This document shows positions 58,603 to 64,000 of a DNA stretch of 64,000 nt, piece by piece. Numbering within the stretch: position 1 is the first letter of the stretch; every line of letters starts with the position of its first letter. A program made the translations under genes and the position numbers. The notes under the pieces are model-generated. The model saw nothing but the letters and a program-made list of their open reading frames with translations, did no database searches and had not been told where the DNA came from. The DNA is from the human T2T-CHM13v2.0 reference genome, Homo sapiens, in the NCBI RefSeq assembly GCF_009914755.1, contig NC_060930.1; one strand, given 5' to 3'.

Positions 58603-59254
58603 TTATGTGCTTCCTAAGGTTGTGTGAGGACAAACATTCATCCACACAGAGTGCTTGCAGCGGGTGGCACAGGGTAAACATGAGCAAGATAATTTACCAT
58701 CTGTCTCCTCCCTGGAATATCAACTGGATGAGGGCAGGACATTTTCTCTCTGCACCTTCAGCCCCTGAGATATGGAGGATGAGAATGGCTCAATGTTCCT
58801 CCTTCAAGGGCCTCAGTCCTCATCCCACTGGCCTGACCACCCCAACAGTATGACCTTTGCCTCTTTACAGCAACCTCCACAGCTTTCCAGCCTGTCCTTA
58901 ACCTGCCTTTGAGTCTTTGCAACTCCTTCTGGGCATTAGCTATGTGGCCTGCTGGGAACTTCCAGAGGCTGGTAAAACTGACAAACCTTGAGAGACTGGT
59001 GACAGGCTTCCTTAGTTGAAACTTATCCTTTTCAAACTTGTAGCACCATGTGTGTGTAGCTGCTTAAGCTTTAGTGGGAGTATTTAAGAAACATGATTAA
59101 TTGGAAAGTTTTATAATATTCCAGGTAAGTCCATAGTGAACATAAATGTGACTTTATCTTGCTAAGGTAACAAATGCTCTGGTGTGCTTAGCAGGGCCTT
59201 GTGACAAAGCAGTGAGGCCACCTGTGCAACATGTACAACTTTTTCTTTTTCAAA

Positions 59255-59750
59255 ACAGTCCTAAAAAAACTAAACATATAAGTCCTCTGTGATCGAGCAA
59301 TTCCACTACTGGGTATGAATCCAAAAGAAAGGAAATCAGTATATCAAAAAGATATCTGCACTCCTGTGTCTACTGCAGCACTATCCACAACAGCCAAGAT
59401 AGGGAATCAACCCACGTGCCCATCAGCAGATGAACAGATGAAGAAAATGTGGTACATATATACAATGGAATATGATTTAGCCATGAAAAAGACTGAGATC
59501 CTGTCATTTGCAGCAACATGGATGGAACTGAAGGTCAATATGGTAAGTGAAATAAGCCAGGCACAGGAAGACAAATATCCCATGTTCTCCACTCATGTGG
59601 GAGCTAAAAAAGCAGGCAGAGAAAGGGAGGATGAAGAGATTAATGCCTACAAATATACAGTTTGAAAGAAGACCTAGTGTTAGATCAGTAGGGTGTCTAT
59701 AGTTTACAATAATCTACTGTGCATTTCAAAATAGCTAGAAGAGAGTAATC
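59255..59750 (+). mobile_element. L1MA-like 3' fragment
   Basis: ORF2 C-terminal-like peptide (KKMWYIYTMEY..ILSFAATWMEL) in 59315-59665, plus 3' UTR TTTCAAAATAGCTAGAAGAG. Confidence 0.8.
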
Positions 59751-61380
59751 ATAAGAAAGAGCCAAAGGGCAGAGCACAGGATACAGAAAAGTGGGATCAA
59801 ATAGAGAAGAATCCCTTAGAGTTCTGGGTAGGAGCCCAATCTCAAGTCTTATTTCTAATGTTTAAAGCTCCCCCTACTCCCCAAAATACCTTTAGTTGGT
59901 GGGATTAGTTGTCCTGTGAAAATCTAGACACAAAAATTAGGTTGGAAAAGAGAACTCGTAACTGGAGGCCAATCATGCTAGGCATTAAAAACGTATTACT
60001 GTATTCCTCCTCCTCCTCATCAGTTGCTAAGTGACATTTGGGATTTGAACCCAGTCCTGATATCTGAAGCTCACACACTACACACTGTATTTTCTGCTGT
60101 AAAGCAGACCTCAGAAAGTATGGTTAGATTCTGTGCAACCTTGAAAATGCTCTGGACTCAGTGGGTCCAACTCAGCTATTTGTACTTCACACCACACAGC
60201 TAGTCTAGGAAAGAGGCTGCCTCTGGCTTGACCATGCAAATGTATTTTCTTTCTTTCCTGCCATGCTGGTCAGCAGTTACACCAAAGCTAGCTAGTATCA
60301 GTATCTGAGTAGATGGTGATGACGACAGAGTCTCAGCATGCAACACTAGCTACTGGCACACTTTGTTTCCAGAGGAGTTATGGTGAATCTTATATTCAAT
60401 GACAACTGTATTATGTACCGTACTAAATAGTAACGGAAAACATGATTCCAGTAGAGAAAAACCAAGCCATATAGCTGTCTTTCAATATGCTTGGTATGCA
60501 GTGATATGCTTGATAGAAAATGGTATGTCTAATTTTTGACCATAACTTGAAACGTAGAGAATGAGAGAGTGCTCTTAAAAGCACATACATATACAACTTG
60601 GAAGATGGGACTTACTTGGAAAAGTACAAATTATTGGAATAATGAAGTAATCTTTTAAGCTATTTTATATAAGGTTAAGATACTATATAAAATAATAATT
60701 TTTATCATATCATCTGATAAAGCAAGACAAAGGAAAAAAAACTGTTTTAAGTTAGATCAGCATTTCCCAAACTGATACTCAAAGGAACATTGTTTCATGA
60801 AATGTTAAAATATATGCCTTGAAAAAAATTTTATGGATGAAAGTTTAAGGAATAGTATATCTTAAAAATCTTGGGGGTGGGCAAACCAAAACTTTTTTTT
60901 TTTTTTTTCCAGTAAGTAAGTATGACTATTTCTATTTCCAGGAGTGATCTATGCAGGAGAAACAGCTTGGGAAATGCTGAAATTTCTGACTGTAAGAAAT
61001 GCTTGGATATATGTATCTGTTTGTTTGGATAATTTACTCATGTGATCTCTTGGAACCAAGGATCCTTGGATCCAAGGAACTCTGATTTCTAGGAATACTT
61101 TGTAAACAAATCAATATACAAATAGGTGAATAATCTGAATTTTCCAGCCCAGTGATTTTTGAAAGGAGGCATCCAAACCAAAAGAGCCCCAGATCAGATT
61201 TTTACCCAACTAAGTGGTCAGTGTTTGTTTATGACAGTGAACCCCCTCTGACAGCTTCATCACCTCTAACAAACAAACAAACAAGGGAGACAGAGTGGAT
61301 GAACAACTTATTTTCAAAGCTAACAAACATTCTATGACTTAACTGCTTGAAAACTAACTTGTTGCAGAAAGGTGAAATGC

Positions 61381-61874
61381 TTTATTCTCACAGAAAACTC
61401 CACTTCTGGAGTTGCCCCTCAATATGAAGAAACCGGAAGTAAAAGCCTGTCATTCTTAAATAACATTTATTATTGTTGCAAAGAAGTCTTCTCCATGAGA
61501 ACAGTTCTCACATTTATTTAAAGATATAGAGGTTATGGATATAGATAAGTATGCCCGACTATGATCCTTAATTCAGCAATCTAATATTCACAATGTGTTT
61601 GTTGCCATTTAGCTATTTATCCCAACATGCCCTTAAAAAAAACACCAAAAAACCACATGTGCCTAGACAGGGTGGAAAAAGAAACACCAAGGCCTTGCTA
61701 AAAAGGAGAAGCCTAAAAAAGATAAAATTCCCACGGCAGTTCTGTTCAACTGTAGCCTGTGAGTGCAGGAATAATGTTCCCGTGGGGAAGCATTATGCCC
61801 AGTGGTTTCTTGGTGTCAACGTGGGAAAGCCCTTGAGGTTTTCTGTCGCTGTCAGGAGGAAGCACGAAAACTGT
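61381..61874 (-). other. PREP: PREP proximal 3' UTR with tandem AATAAA signals
   Basis: Follows the stop codon. Minus-strand AATAAA at 61513-61518, 61466-61471 and 61381-61386. The true 3' end cannot be determined from sequence alone. Confidence 0.7.

Positions 61875-64000
<2,126 letters not shown>

Overview
Human/great-ape-type genomic DNA. The only host gene is the terminal coding exon and 3' UTR of PREP (prolyl endopeptidase) on the minus strand near the right end (CDS 61875-62169, containing catalytic Asp641 and His680), which would place the window at human 6q21 just downstream of PREP. The rest is mostly transposon-derived. It holds a near-complete HERV-L provirus with two MLT2A-type LTRs (1-6922, minus), three near-full-length L1s of different ages (L1PA8-like minus, L1PB1-like plus, L1PA3-like plus; 12.3-34.3 kb), an old fragmented L1MC, about 25 Alus, Tigger/MER DNA transposons, solo LTRs, L2/MIR remnants and microsatellites. 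Nearly all ORFs in the supplied track are repeat-derived. I found no convincing new multi-gene system. The best leads are: (i) an L1 ORF0 that reads out of the L1PA3 into unique flank (177 aa); (ii) a TSD-flanked ~280 bp non-repeat insert, probably an mRNA 3'-end retrocopy, inside the L1PB; (iii) ~115 bp of foreign sequence carried at the 5' end of that L1PB inside a perfect 15-bp TSD; (iv) a 42-bp inverted templated copy with a fold-back hairpin in the L1MC; (v) three very closely spaced inverted Alu pairs, each with a structurally altered partner. Repeat subfamily calls were made by eye from remembered consensus motifs, and boundaries are approximate unless a TSD is quoted.
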